DNA from: Heterodontus francisci
Lineage: Eukaryota
DNA: 64,000 nucleotides
Direction: 5' to 3'
Assembly: GCF_036365525.1 (NCBI RefSeq)
Contig: NC_090399.1
Location: forward strand, 66,954,862-67,018,861
In this document: piece after piece, positions 41,181 through 54,544 of the stretch
Position numbering within the stretch: the first letter of the stretch is position 1
Layout of the letters: each line of letters opens with the position of its first letter
Notes under the pieces: model-generated
The model's database searches: none
What the model saw: only the letters and a program-made list of their open reading frames with translations
What the model was told of the DNA's origin: nothing
Position numbers and translations under genes: made by a program

Positions 41181-43899
41181 TTGTATTGGGGTTTATTTAG
41201 AGGGGCTCAGTGTTGTGTTGGGGTTTTTTTTTACAGGGACTCTGTGTTGTGTTGGGGTTTATTTACAGGGACTCTGTTTTGTGTTGTGTTGGGGTTTATT
41301 TACAGGGGCTCTGTGTTGTGTTGTTTTGGGGTTTATCTACAGGGGCTCTGTGTTGCGTTGGGGTTTATTTACAGGGACTCTGTTGTGTTGGGGTTTATTT
41401 ACAGTGGCTCTGTGTTGTGTTGTGTTGGGGTTTATTTACAGGGGCTCTGTGTTTTGTTGGGGTTTATTTACAGGGGCTCTGTGTTGTGTTGTTATGGGGT
41501 ACATTTACAGGGGCTCTGTTTTGTGTTGTGTTGGTCATTATTTACAGGGGCTCTGTGTTGTGTTTGGGTTTATTTACAGGGGCTCTGTGTTGTGTTGTTT
41601 TGGGGTTTATTTACAGGGGCTCTGTTTTGTGTTGTGTTGGGGTTTATTTACTGGGGCTCTGTGTTTTGTTGCGGTTTATTTACAGGGGCTCTGTGTTGTG
41701 TTCGCGTTTATTTACAGGGACTCTGCTGTGTTGGGGTTTATTTACATGGGCTCTGTGTTGTGTTGTTTTGGGGTTTATTTACAGGGGCTCTGTGTTGTGT
41801 TGGGGTTTATTTACAGGGGCTCTGTGTTGTGTTGTTTTGGGGTTTATTTACAGGGGCTCTGTTTTCTGTTGTGTTGGGGTTTATTTACAGGGGCTCTGTG
41901 TTGTGTTGCGGTTTATTTAGAGGGGCTCTGTGTTGTGTTGGGGTTTATTTACAGGGACTCTGTTGTGTTGGGGTTTATTTACATGGGCTCTGTGTTGTGT
42001 TGTCTTGGGGTTTATTTACAGGGGCTCTGTGTTGTGTTGGGGTTTATTTACAGGGACTCTGTTGTGTTGGGGTTTATTTACAGGGGCTCTGTGTTGTGTT
42101 GTTTTGGGGTTTATTTACAGGGGCTCTGTTTTGTGTTGCGTTGGGGTTTATTTACAGGGACTATGTTGTGTTGGGGTTTATTTACAGGGGCTCTGTGTTG
42201 TTTTGGGGTTTATTTACAGGGACTCAGTTGTGTTGGGGTTTATTTCCAGGGGCTCTGTGTTGTGTTGTGTTGGGGTTTATTTACAGGGGCTCTGTGTTGT
42301 GTTGCGGTTTATTTACAGGGACTCTCTCTTGTGTTGGGGTTTATTTACAGGGACTCTGTTGTGTTGGGGTTTATTTACAGGGGCTCTATGTTGTGTTGGG
42401 GTTTATTTACAGGGATTCTGTTGTGTTGGGGTTTATTTACAGGGGCTCTGTGTTGTGTTGTTTAGGGGTATATTTACATGGGCTCTGTGTTGTGTTGTGT
42501 TGGGGTTTATTTACAGGGGCTCTGTGTTGTGTTGATTTGGGGTTTATTTACAGGGGCTCTGTGTTGCGTTGGGGTTTATTTACAGGGCCTCTGTGTTGTG
42601 TTGGGGTTTATTTACAGGGGCTCTGTGTTGTGTTGTTTTGGGGTTTATTTAGAGGGGCTCTGTTTTGTGTTGTGTTGGTCATTATTTACAGGGGCTCTGT
42701 GTTGTTTTGGGGTTTATTTACAGGGGCTCTATGTTGTGTTGGGGTTTATTTACAGGGATTCTGTTGTGCTGGGGTTTATTTGCAGGGGCTCTGTGTTGTG
42801 TTGTTTTGGGTTATATTTGCAGGGGCTCTGTGTTGTGTTGTGTTGGGGTTTATTTACAGGGGCTCTGTGTTGTGTTGTTTAGGGGTTTATTTACAGGGGC
42901 TCTGTGTTGTGTTGGGGTTTATTTACAGGGGCTCTGTGTTGTGTTGGGGTTTATTTACAGGGGCTCTGTGTTGTGTTGTTTTGGGGTTTATTTACAGGGG
43001 CTTTGTTTTGTGTTGTGTTGGGGTTTATTTACAGGGGCTCTGTGTTGTTTTGGGGTTTATTTACAAAGGCTCTGTGTTGTGTTGGGTTTATTTACAGGGG
43101 CTGTGTGTTGTGTCGGTGTTTATTTACAGGGGCTCTGTGTTGTGTCGGTGTTTATTTACAGGGGCTCTGTGTTGTGTTGGGGTTTATTTACAGGGGCTCT
43201 GTGTTGTTTTGGGGTTTATTTACAAAGGCTCTGTGTTTTGTTGGGTTTATTTACAGGGGCTGTGTGTTGTGTTGGGGTTATTTGCAGGGGCTCTGTGTTG
43301 TTTTGGGGTTTATTTACAGGGGCTCTGTGTTGTGTTGGAGTTTATTTACAGGGACTCTGTTGCATTGCGGTTTATTTACAGGGGCTCTGTGTTGTATTGT
43401 TTTGAGGTTTATTTACAGGGGCTCTGTGTTGTGTTGTGTTGGAGTTTATTTACAGGGACTGTGTGTTGTGTTGGGGTTTATTAACAGGGACTCAGTTGTG
43501 TTGGGGTTTATTTACAGGGGCTCTGTGTTGTGTTGGGGTAAATTTACAGGGGCTCTGTGTTGTGTTGGGGTTTATTTACAGGGAATCTGTTGTGTTGGGG
43601 TTTATTTACAGGGGCTCTGTGTTGTGTTGGGGTAAATTTACAGGGGTTCTGTGTTGTGTTGGGGTTTATTTACAGGGGCTCTGTGTTGTGTTGTTTTGTG
43701 GTTTATTTACATGGGCTCTGTGTTGTGTTGGGGTTTATTTACAGGGGCTCTGTGTTGTGTTGTTATGGGATTTATTTACAGGGGCTCTGTTTTGTGTTGT
43801 GTTGGTCATTATTTACAGATGCTCTGTGTTGTGTTGGGGTTTATTTACAGGGGCTCTGTGTTGTGTTGTTTTGGGGTTTATTTACAGGGGCTCTGTTTT

Positions 43900-46800
43900 C
43901 TGTTGTGTTGGGGTTTACTTACAGGGGCTCTGTGTTGTGTTGCGGTTTATTTACAGGGGCTCTGTGTTGTGTTGGGGTTTATTTACAGGGGCTCTGTGTT
44001 GTGTTGTTTGGGGGTTTATTTACAGGGGCTCTGTGTTGTGTTGGGGTTTATTTACAGGGACTCTGTTGTGTTGGGGTTTATTTACAGGGGCTCTGTGTTG
44101 TGTTGTTTTGGGGTTTATTTACAGGGGCTCTGTTTTGTGTTCCGTTGGGGTTTATTTACAGGGGATCTGTGTTGTGTTGTTCTGGGGTTTATTTACAGGG
44201 GCTCAGTGTTGCGTTGGGGTTTATTTACAGGGACTCTGTTGTGTTGGGGTTTATTTACAGGGGCTCTGTGTTGTTTTGGGGTTTATTTACAGGGACTCAG
44301 TTGTGTTGGGGTTTATTTCCAGGGGCTATGTGTTGTGTTGTGTTGGGGTTTATTTACAGGGGCTCTGTGTTGTGTTGCGGTTTATTTACAGGGACTCTGT
44401 CTTGTGTTGGTCATTATTTACAGGGGCTCTGTGTTGTTTTGGGGTTTATTTACAGGGGCTCTATGTTGTGTTGGGGTTTATTTACAGGGATTCTGTTGTG
44501 CTGGGGTTTATTTACAGGGGCTCTGTGTTGTGTTGTTTTGGGTTATATTTACAGGGGCTCTGTGTTGTGTTGTGTTGGGGTTTATTTACAGGGGCTCTGT
44601 GTTGTGTTGTTTAGGGGTTTATTTACAGGGGCTCTGTGTTGTGTTGGGGTTTATTTACAGGGGCTCTGTGTTGTGTTGGGGTTTATTTACAGGGGCTCTG
44701 TGTTGTGTTGTTTTGGGGTTTATTTAGAGGGGCTCTGTTTTGTGTTGTGTTGGTCATTATTTACAGGGGCTCTGTGTTGTGTTGGGGTTTATTTACAGGG
44801 GCTCTGTGTTGTGTTGGGGTTTATTTACAGGGGCTCTGTGTTGTGTTGTTTTGGGGTTTATTTACAGGGGCTTTGTTTTGTGTTGTGTTGGGGTTTATTT
44901 ACAGGGGCTCTGTGTTGTTTTGGGGTTTATTTACAAAGGCTCTGTGTTGTGTTGGGTTTATTTACAGGGGCTGTGTGTTGTGTCGGTGTTTATTTACAGG
45001 GGCTCTGTGTTGTGTCGGTGTTTATTTACAGGGGCTCTGTGTTGTGTTGGGGTTTATTTACAGGGGCTCTGTGTTGTGTTGGGGTTTATTTACAGGGGCT
45101 CTGTGTTGTTTTGGGGTTTATTTACAAAGGCTCTGTGTTTTGTTGGGTTTATTTACAGGGGTTGTGTGTTGTGTTGGGGTTATTTACAGGGGCTCTGTGT
45201 TGTTTTGGGGTTTATTTACAGGGGCTCTGTGTTGTGTGGGAGTTTATTTACAGGGACTCTGTTGCATTGCGGTTTTTTTACAGGGGCTCTGTGTTGTATT
45301 GTTTTGAGGTTTATTTACAGGGGCTCTGTGTTGTGTTGTGTTGGAGTTTATTTACAGGGGCTCTGTGTTGTGTTGGGGTTTATTAACAGGGACTCTGTTG
45401 TGTTGGGGTTTATTTACAGGGGCTCTGTGTTGTGTTGGGGTAAATTTACAGGGAATCTGTTGTGTTGGGGTTTATTTACAGGGGCTCTGTGTTGTGTTGG
45501 GGTTTATTTACAGGGAATCTGTTGTGTTGGGGTTTATTGACAGGGGCTCTGTGTTGTGTTGGGGTAAATTTACAGGGGTTCTGTGTTCTGTTGGGGTTTG
45601 TTTACAGGGGCTCTATGTTGTGTTGTTTTGGGGTTTATTTACAGGTGCTCTGTTTTGTGTTGTGTTGGGGTTTATTTACAGGGGCTCTGTGTTGTGTTGT
45701 TTTGGGGTTTATTTACATGGGCTCTGTGTTGTGTTGGGGTTTATTTACAGGGGCTCTGTGTTGTGTTGTTTTGGGGTTTATGTACAGGGGCTCTGTGCTG
45801 TGTTGGGGTTTATTTACAGGGGCTCTGTGTTGTGTTGTTTTGGGGTTTATTTACAGGGACTCTGTGTTGTGTTGGGGTTTATTTACAGGGACTCTGCTGT
45901 TTTGGGGTATATTTACAGGGGCTCTGTGTTGTGTTGGAGTTTATTTACAGGGACTCTGTGTTGTGTTGGGGTTTATTTACAGGGTATCTGTGTTGTGTTG
46001 GGGTTTATTTACTGCTGATCTGTGTTGTGTTGTTTTGGGGTTTATTTACAGGAGCTCTGTGTTGTGTTGTGGTTAATTATCAGGGGTTCTGTGTTGTGTT
46101 GGGGTTTATTTACAGGGGCTCTGTGTTGTGTTGGAGTTTATTTACAGGGACTCTGTTGTGTTGGGGTTTATTTACTGGGGCTCTGTGTTGTGTTGTTTTG
46201 GGGTTTATTTACAGGGGCTCTGTTTTGTGTTGTTCTGGGGTTTATTTGCAGGGGCTCTGTGTTGTGTTGCGGTTTATTTACAGGGGCTCTGTGTTGTGTT
46301 GGGGTTTATTTACAGGGACTCTGTTGTGTTGGGGTTTATTTACATGGGCTCTGTGTTGTGTTGTTTGGGGGTTTATTTACAGGGGCTCTGTGTTGTGTTG
46401 GGGTTTATTTACAGGGGCTCTGTTTTCTGTTGTGTTGGGGTTTACTTACAGGGGCTCTGTGTTGTGTTGCGGTTTATTTACAGGGGCTCTGTGTTGTGTT
46501 GGGGTTTATTTACAGGGACTCTGTTGTGTTGGGGTTTATTTACATGGGCTCTGTGTTGTGTTGTTTGGGGGTTTATTTACAGGGGCTCTGTGTTGTGTTG
46601 GGGTTTATTTACAGGGACTCTGTTGTGTTGGGGTTTATTTACAGGGGCTCTGTGTTGTGTTGTTTTGGGGTTTATTGACAGGGGCTCTGTTTTGTGTTCC
46701 GTTGGGGTTTATTTACAGGGGATCTGTGTTGTGTTGTTCTGGGGTTTATTTACAGGGGCTCAGTGTTGCGTTGGGGTTTATTTACAGGGACTCTGTTGTG

Positions 46801-49800
46801 TTGGGGTTTATTTACAGGGGCTCTGTGTTGTTTTGGGGTTTATTTACAGGGACTCAGTTGTGTTGGGGTTTATTTCCAGGGGCTCTGTGTTGTGTTGTGT
46901 TGGGGTTTATTTACAGGGGCTCTGTGTTGTGTTGCGGTTTATTTACAGGGACTCTGTCTTGTGTTGGTCATTATTTACAGGGGCTCTGTGTTGTTTTGGG
47001 GTTTATTTACAGGGGCTCTATGTTGTGTTGGGGTTTATTTACAGGGATTCTGTTGTGCTGGGGTTTATTTACAGGGGCTCTGTGTTGTGTTGTTTTGGGT
47101 TATATTTACAGGGGCTCTGTGTTGTGTTGGGGTTTATTTACAGGGGCTCTGTGTTGTGTTGTTTAGGGGTTTATTTACAGGGGCTCTGTGTTGTGTTGGG
47201 GTTTATTTACAGGGGCTCTGTGTTGTGTTGTTTTGGGGTTTATTTAGAGGGGCTCTGTTTTGTGTTGTGTTGGTCATTATTTACAGGGGCTCTGTGTTGT
47301 GTTGGGGTTTATTTACAGGGGCTCTGTGTTGTGTTGGGGTTTATTTACAGGGGCTCTGTGTTGTGTTGTTTTGGGGTTTATTTACAGGGGCTTTGTTTTG
47401 TGTTGTGTTGGGGTTTATTTACAGGGGCTCTGTGTTGTTTTGGGGTTTATTTACAAAGGCTCTGTGTTGTGTTGGGTTTATTTACACGGGCTGTGTGTTG
47501 TGTCGGTGTTTATTTACAGGGGCTCTGTGTTGTGTCGGTGTTTATTTACAGGGGCTCTGTGTTGTGTTGGGGTTTATTTACAGGGGCTCTGTGTTGTGTT
47601 GGGGTTTATTTACAGGGGCTCTGTGTTGTTTTGGGGTTTATTTACAAAGGCTCTGTGTTTTGTTGGGTTTATTTACAGGGGCTGTGTGTTGTGTTGGGGT
47701 TTATTTACAGGGGCTCTGTTTTCTGTTGTGTTGGGGTTTACTTACAGGGGCTCTGTGTTGTGTTGCGGTTTATTTACAGGGGCTCTGTGTTGTGTTGGGG
47801 TTTATTTACAGGGACTCTGTTGTGTTGGGGTTTATTTACATGGGCTCTGTGTTGTGTTGTTTGGGGGTTTATTTACAGGGGCTCTGTGTTGTGTTGGGGT
47901 TTATTTACAGGGACTCTGTTGTGTTGGGGTTTATTTACAGGGGCTCTGTGTTGTGTTGTTTTGGGGTTTATTGACAGGGGCTCTGTTTTGTGTTCCGTTG
48001 GGGTTTATTTACAGGGGATCTGTGTTGTGTTGTTCTGGGGTTTATTTACAGGGGCTCAGTGTTGCGTTGGGGTTTATTTACAGGGACTCTGTTGTGTTGG
48101 GGTTTATTTACAGGGGCTCTGTGTTGTTTTGGGGTTTATTTACAGGGACTCAGTTGTGTTGGGGTTTATTTCCAGGGGCTCTGTGTTGTGTTGTGTTGGG
48201 GTTTATTTACAGGGGCTCTGTGTTGTGTTGCGGTTTATTTACAGGGACTCTGTCTTGTGTTGGTCATTATTTACAGGGGCTCTGTGTTGTTTTGGGGTTT
48301 ATTTACAGGGGCTCTATGTTGTGTTGGGGTTTATTTACAGGGATTCTGTTGTGCTGGGGTTTATTTACAGGGGCTCTGTGTTGTGTTGTTTTGGGTTATA
48401 TTTACAGGGGCTCTGTGTTGTGTTGTGTTGGGGTTTATTTACAGGGGCTCTGTGTTGTGTTGTTTAGGGGTTTATTTACAGGGGCTCTGTGTTGTGTTGG
48501 GGTTTATTTACAGGGGCTCTGTGTTGTGTTGTTTTGGGGTTTATTTAGAGGGGCTCTGTTTTGTGTTGTGTTGGTCATTATTTACAGGGGCTCTGTGTTG
48601 TGTTGGGGTTTATTTACAGGGGCTCTGTGTTGTGTTGGGGTTTATTTACAGGGGCTCTGTGTTGTGTTGTTTTGGGGTTTATTTACAGGGGCTTTGTTTT
48701 GTGTTGTGTTGGGGTTTATTTACAGGGGCTCTGTGTTGTTTTGGGGTTTATTTACAAAGGCTCTGTGTTGTGTTGGGTTTATTTACAGGGGCTGTGTGTT
48801 GTGTCGGTGTTTATTTACAGGGGCTCTGTGTTGTGTCGGTGTTTATTTACAGGGGCTCTGTGTTGTGTTGGGGTTTATTTACAGGGGCTCTGTGTTGTGT
48901 TGGGGTTTATTTACAGGGGCTCTGTGTTGTTTTGGGGTTTATTTACAAAGGCTCTGTGTTTTGTTGGGTTTATTTACAGGGGCTGTGTGTTGTGTTGGGG
49001 TTATTTACAGGGGCTCTGTGTTGTTTTGGGGTTTATTTACAGGGGCTCTGTGTTGTGTGGGAGTTTATTTACAGGGACTCTGTTGCATTGCGGTTTGTTT
49101 ACAGGGGCTCTGTGTTGTATTGTTTTGAGGTTTATTTACAGGGGCTCTGTGTTGTGCTGTGTTGGAGTTTATTTACAGGGGCTCTGTGTTGTGTTGGGGT
49201 TTATTAACAGGGACTCTGTTGTGTTGGGGTTTATTTACAGGGGCTCTGTGTTGTGTTGGGGTAAATTTACAGGGAATCTGTTGTGTTGGGGTTTATTTAC
49301 AGGGGCTCTGTGTTGTGTTGGGGTTTATTTACAGGGAATCTGTTGTGTTGGGGTTTATTAACAGGGACTCTGTTGTGTTGGGGTTTATTTACAGGGGCTC
49401 TGTGTTGTGTTGGGGTAAATTTACAGGGAATCTGTTGTGTTGGGGTTTATTTACAGGGGCTCTGTGTTGTGTTGGGGTTTATTTACAGGGAATCTGTTGT
49501 GTTGGGGTTTATTGACAGGGGCTCTGTGTTGTGTTGGGGTAAATTTACAGGGGTTCTGTGTTCTGTTGGGGTTTGTTTACAGGGGCTCTATGTTGTGTTG
49601 TTTTGGGGTTTATTTACAGGTGCTCTGTTTTGTGTTGTGTTGGGGTTTATTTACAGGGGCTCTGTGTTGTGTTGTTTTGGGGTTTATTTACATGGGCTCT
49701 GTGTTGTGTTGGGGTTTATTTACAGGGGCTCTGTGTTGTGTTGTTTTGGGGTTTATGTACAGGGGCTCTGTGTTGTGTTGGGGTTTATTTACAGGGGCTC

Positions 49801-50230
49801 TGTGTTGTGTTGTTTTGGGGTTTATTTACAGGGACTCTGTGTTGTGTTGGGGTTTATTTACAGGGACTCTGCTGTTTTGGGGTATATTTATAGGGGCTCT
49901 GTGTTGTGTTGGATTTTATTTACAGGGACTCTGTGTTGTGTTGGGGTTTATTTACAGGGTATCTGTGTTGTGTTGGGGTTTATTTACTGCTGATCTGTGT
50001 TGTGTTGTTTTGGGGTTTATTTACAGGAGCTCTGTGTTGTGTTGTGGTTAATTATCAGGGGTTCTGTGTTGTGTTGGGGTTTATTTACAGGGGCTCTGTG
50101 TTGTGTTGGAGTTTATTTACAGGGACTCTGTTGTGTTGGGGTTTATTTACTGGGGCTCTGTGTTGTGTTGTTTTGGGGTTTATTTGCAGGGGCTCTGTTT
50201 TGTGTTGTTCTGGGGTTTATTTGCAGGGGC
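43900..50230 (+). repeat. Nested duplications: ~2520 bp, ~1296-1301 bp (46390-48990) and 154 bp (49200-49510), net offset 3975
   Basis: ORF anchors 44740/47260/48561, 46694/47990, 49283/49437, 45583/49558 and 46128/50103; 2520+1301+154=3975. Confidence 0.82.
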
Positions 50231-53200
50231 TCTCTGTTGTGTTGGGGTTTATTTACAGGGGCTCTGTGTTGTGTTGTGGTTTATTCACAGAGACTCTGTG
50301 TTGTGTTGGTGTTTATTTACAGGGGCTCTGTGTTGTGTTGTTTTGGGGTTTATTTACAGGGGCTCAGTGTTGTGTTGGGGTTTTTTTTTACAGGGACTCT
50401 GTGTTGTGTTGGGGTTTATTTACAGGGACTCTGTTTTGTGTTGTGTTGGGGTTTATTTACAGGGGTTCTGTGTTGTGTTGTTTTGGGGTTTATCTACAGG
50501 GTCTCTGTGTTGCGTTGGGGTTTATTTACAGGGACTCTGTTGTGTTGGGGTTTATTTACAGGGGCTCTGTGTTGTGTTGTGTTGGGGTTTATTTACAGGG
50601 GCTCTGTGTTGTGTTGGGGTTCATTTACCGGGGCTCTGTGTTGTGTTGTTATGGGGTTTATTTACAGGGGCTCTGTTTTGTGTTCTGTTGGTCATTATTT
50701 ACAGGGGCTCTGTGTTGTGTTGGAGTTTATTTACAGGGGCTCTGTGTTGTGTTGTTTTGGGGTTTATTTACAGGGTCTCTGTTTTCTGTTGTGTTGGGGT
50801 TTATTTACAGGGGCTCTGTGTTGTGTTGCGGTTTATTTACAGGGGCTCTGTGTTGTGTTGGGGTTTATTTACAGGGCCTCTGTTGTGTTGGGGTTTATTT
50901 ACATGGGCTCTGTGTTGTGTTGTTTTGGGGTTTATTTAGAGGGGCTCTGTGTTGTGTTGGGGTTTATTTACAGGGACTCTGCTGTGTTGGGGTTTATTTA
51001 CAGGGGCTCTGTGTTGTGTTGTTTTGGGGTTTATTTACAGGGGCTCTGTTTTGTGTTGTGTTGGGGTTTATTTACAGGGGCTGTGTGTTGTGTTGTTCTG
51101 GGGTTTATTTACAGGGGCTCTGTGTTGCGTTGGGGTTTATTTACAGGGACTCTGTTGTGTTGGGGTTTATTTACAGGGGCTCTGTGTTGTTTTGGGGTTT
51201 ATTTACAGGGACTCTGTTGTGTTGGGGTTTATTTCCAGGGGCTCTGTGTTGTGTTGTGTTGGGGTTTATTTACAGGGGCTCTGTGTTGTGTTGCGGTTTA
51301 TTTACAGGGACTCTGTGTTGTGTTGGGGTTTATTTACAGGGACTCTGTTGTGTTGGGGTTTATTTACAGGGGCTCTGTGTTGTTTTGGGGTTTATTTACA
51401 GGGACTCTGTTGTGTTGGGGTTTATTTCCAGGGGCTCTGTGTTGTGTTGTGTTGGGGTTTATTTACAGGGGCTCTGTGTTGTGTTGCGGTTTATTTACAG
51501 GGACTCTGTGTTGTGTTGGGGTTTATTTACAGGGACTCTGTTGTGTTGGGGTTTATTTACAGGGGCTCTATGTTGTTATGGGGTTTATTTTCAGGGACTC
51601 TGTTGTGTTGGGGTTTATTTACAGGGGCTCTCTGTTGTGTTGGGGTTTATTTACAGGGGCTCTGTGTTGTGTTGGGGTTTATTCACAGGGGCTCTGTGTT
51701 GTGTTGTTATGGGGTTTATTTACAGGGGCTCTGTTTTGTGTTGTGTTGGTCATTATTTACAGATGCTCTGTGTTGTGTTGGGGTTTATTTACAGGGGCTC
51801 TGTGTTGTGTTGTTTTGGGGTTTATTTACAGGGGCTCTGTTTTCTGTTGTGTTGGGGTTTATTTACAGGGGCTCTGTGTTGTGTTGCGGTTTATTTAGAG
51901 GGCCACTGTGTTGTGTTGGGGTTTATCTACAGGGACTCTGTTGTGTTGGGGTTTATTTACATGGGCTCTGTGTTGTGTTGTTTGGGGGTTTATTTACAGG
52001 GGCTCTGTGTTGTGTTGGGGTTTATTTACAGGGGCTCTGTGTTGTGTTGTTTTGGGGTTTATTTACAGGGGCTCTGTTTCGTGTTGCGTTGTGTTTTATT
52101 TACAGGGGATCTGTGTTGTGTTGTTCTGGGGTTTATTTACAGGGGCTCAGTGTTGCGTTGGGGTTTATTTACAGGGACTCTGTTGTGTTGGGGTTTATTT
52201 ACAGGGGCTCTGTGTTGTTTTGGGGTTTATTTACAGGGACTCAGTTGTGTTGGGGTTTATTTCCAGGGGCTCTGTGTTGTGTTGTGTTGGGGTTTATTTA
52301 CAGGGGCTCTGTGTTGTGTTGCGGTTTATTTACAGGGACTCTGTCTTGTGTTGGGGTTTATTTACAGGGACTCTGTTGTGTTGGGGTTTATTTACAGGGG
52401 CTCTATGTTGTGTTGGGGTTTATTTACAGGGATTCTGTTGTGTTGGGGTTTATTTACAGGGGCTCTGTGTTGTGTTGTTTTGGGGTATATTTACAGGGGC
52501 TCTGTGTTGTGTTGTGTTGGGGTTTATTTACAGGGGCTCTGTGTTGTGTTGTTTTGAGGTTTATTTACAGGGGCTCTGTGTTGCGTTGGGGTTTATTTAC
52601 AGGGCCTCTGTGTTGTGTTGGGGTTTATTTACAGGGGCTCTGTGTTGTGTTGTTTTGGGGTTTATTTAGAGGGGCTCTGTTTTGTGTTGTGTTGGTCATT
52701 ATTTATAGGGGCTCTGTGTTGTTTTGGGGTTTATTTACAGGGGCTCTATGTTGTGTTGGGGTTTATTTACAGGGATTCTGTTGTGTTGGGGTTTATTTAC
52801 AGGGGCTCTGTGTTGTGTTGTTTTGGGGTTTATTTACAGGGGCTTTGTTTTGTGTTGTTTTGGGGTTTATTTAGAGGGGCTCTGTTTTGTGTTGTGTTGG
52901 TCACTATTTACAGGGGCTCTGTGTTGTGTTGGGGTTTATTTACAGGGGCTCTGTGTTGTGTTGGGGTTTATTTACAGGGGCTCTGTGTTGTGTTGTTTTG
53001 GGGTTTATTTACAGGGGCTTTGTTTTGTGTTGTGTTGGGGTTTATTTACAGGGGCTCTGTGTTGTTTTGGGGTTTATTTACAAAGGCTCTGTGTTGTGTT
53101 GGGTTTATTTACAGGGGCTGTGTGTTGTGTCGGTGTTTATTTACAGGGGCTCTGTGTTGTGTCGGTGTTTATTTACAGGGGCTCTGTGTTGTGTTGGGGT

Positions 53201-54544
53201 TTATTTACAGGGGCTCTGTGTTGTGTTGGGGTTTATTTACAGGGGCTCTGTGTTGTTTTGGGGTTTATTTACAAAGGCTCTGTGTTTTGTTGGGTTTATT
53301 TACAGGGGCTGTGTGTTGTGTTGGGGTTATTTACAGGGGCTCTGTGTTGTTTTGGGGTTTATTTACAGGGGCTCTGTGTTGTGTTGGAGTTTATTTACAG
53401 GGACTCTGTTGCATTGCGGTTTATTTACAGGGGCTCTGTGTTGTATTGTTTTGAGGTTTATTTACAGGGGCTCTGTGTTGTGTTGTGTTGGAGTTTATTT
53501 CCAGGGACTGTGTGTTGTGATGGGGTTTATTAACAGGGACTCTGTTGTGTTGGGGTTTATTTACAGGGGCTCTGAGTTGTGTTGGGGTAAATTTACAGGG
53601 AATCTGTTGTGTTGGGGTTTATTTACAGGGGCTCTGTGTTGTGTTGGGGTTTATTTACAGGGAATCTGTTGTGTTGGGGTTTATTTACAGGGGCTCTGTG
53701 TTGTGTTGGGGTAAATTTACAGGGGTTCTGTGTTCTGTTGGGGTTTATTTACAGGGGCTCTGTGTTGTGTTGTTTTGGGGTTTATTTACAGGGGCTCTGT
53801 TTTGTGTTCTGTTGGGGTTTATTTACAGGGGCTCAGTGTTGTGTTGTTTTGGGGTTTATTTACATGGGCTCTGTGTTGTGTTGGGGTTTATTTACAGGGG
53901 CTCTGTGTTGTGTTGTTTTGGGGTTTATGTACAGGGGCTCTGTGTTGTGTTGGGGTTTATTTACAGGGGCTCTGTTTTGTGTTGTTTTGGGGTTTATTTA
54001 CAGGGACTCTGTGTTGTGTTGCGGTTTATTTACAGGGACTCTGCTGTTTTGGGGTATATTTACAGGGGCTCTGTGTTGTGTTGGAGTTTATTTACAGAGA
54101 CTCTGTTGTGTTGGGGTTTATTTACAGGGGCTCTGTGTTGTGTTGTTTTGGGGTTTATTTACAGGGGCTCTGTTTCGTGTTGCGTTGGGGTTTATTTACA
54201 GGGGATCTGTGTTGTGTTGTTCTGGGGTTTATTTACAGGGGCTCAGTGTTGCGTTGGGGTTTATTTACAGGGACTCTGTTGTGTTGGGGTTTATTTACAG
54301 GGGCTCTGTGTTGTTTTGGGGTTTATTTACAGGGACTCAGTTGTGTTGGGGTTTATTTCCAGGGGCTCTGTGTTGTGTTGTGTTGGGGTTTATTTACAGG
54401 GGCTCTGTGTTGTGTTGCGGTTTATTTACAGGGACTCTGTCTTGTGTTGGGGTTTATTTACAGGGACTCTGTTGTGTTGGGGTTTATTTACAGGGGCTCT
54501 ATGTTGTGTTGGGGTTTATTTACAGGGATTCTGTTGTGTTGGGG

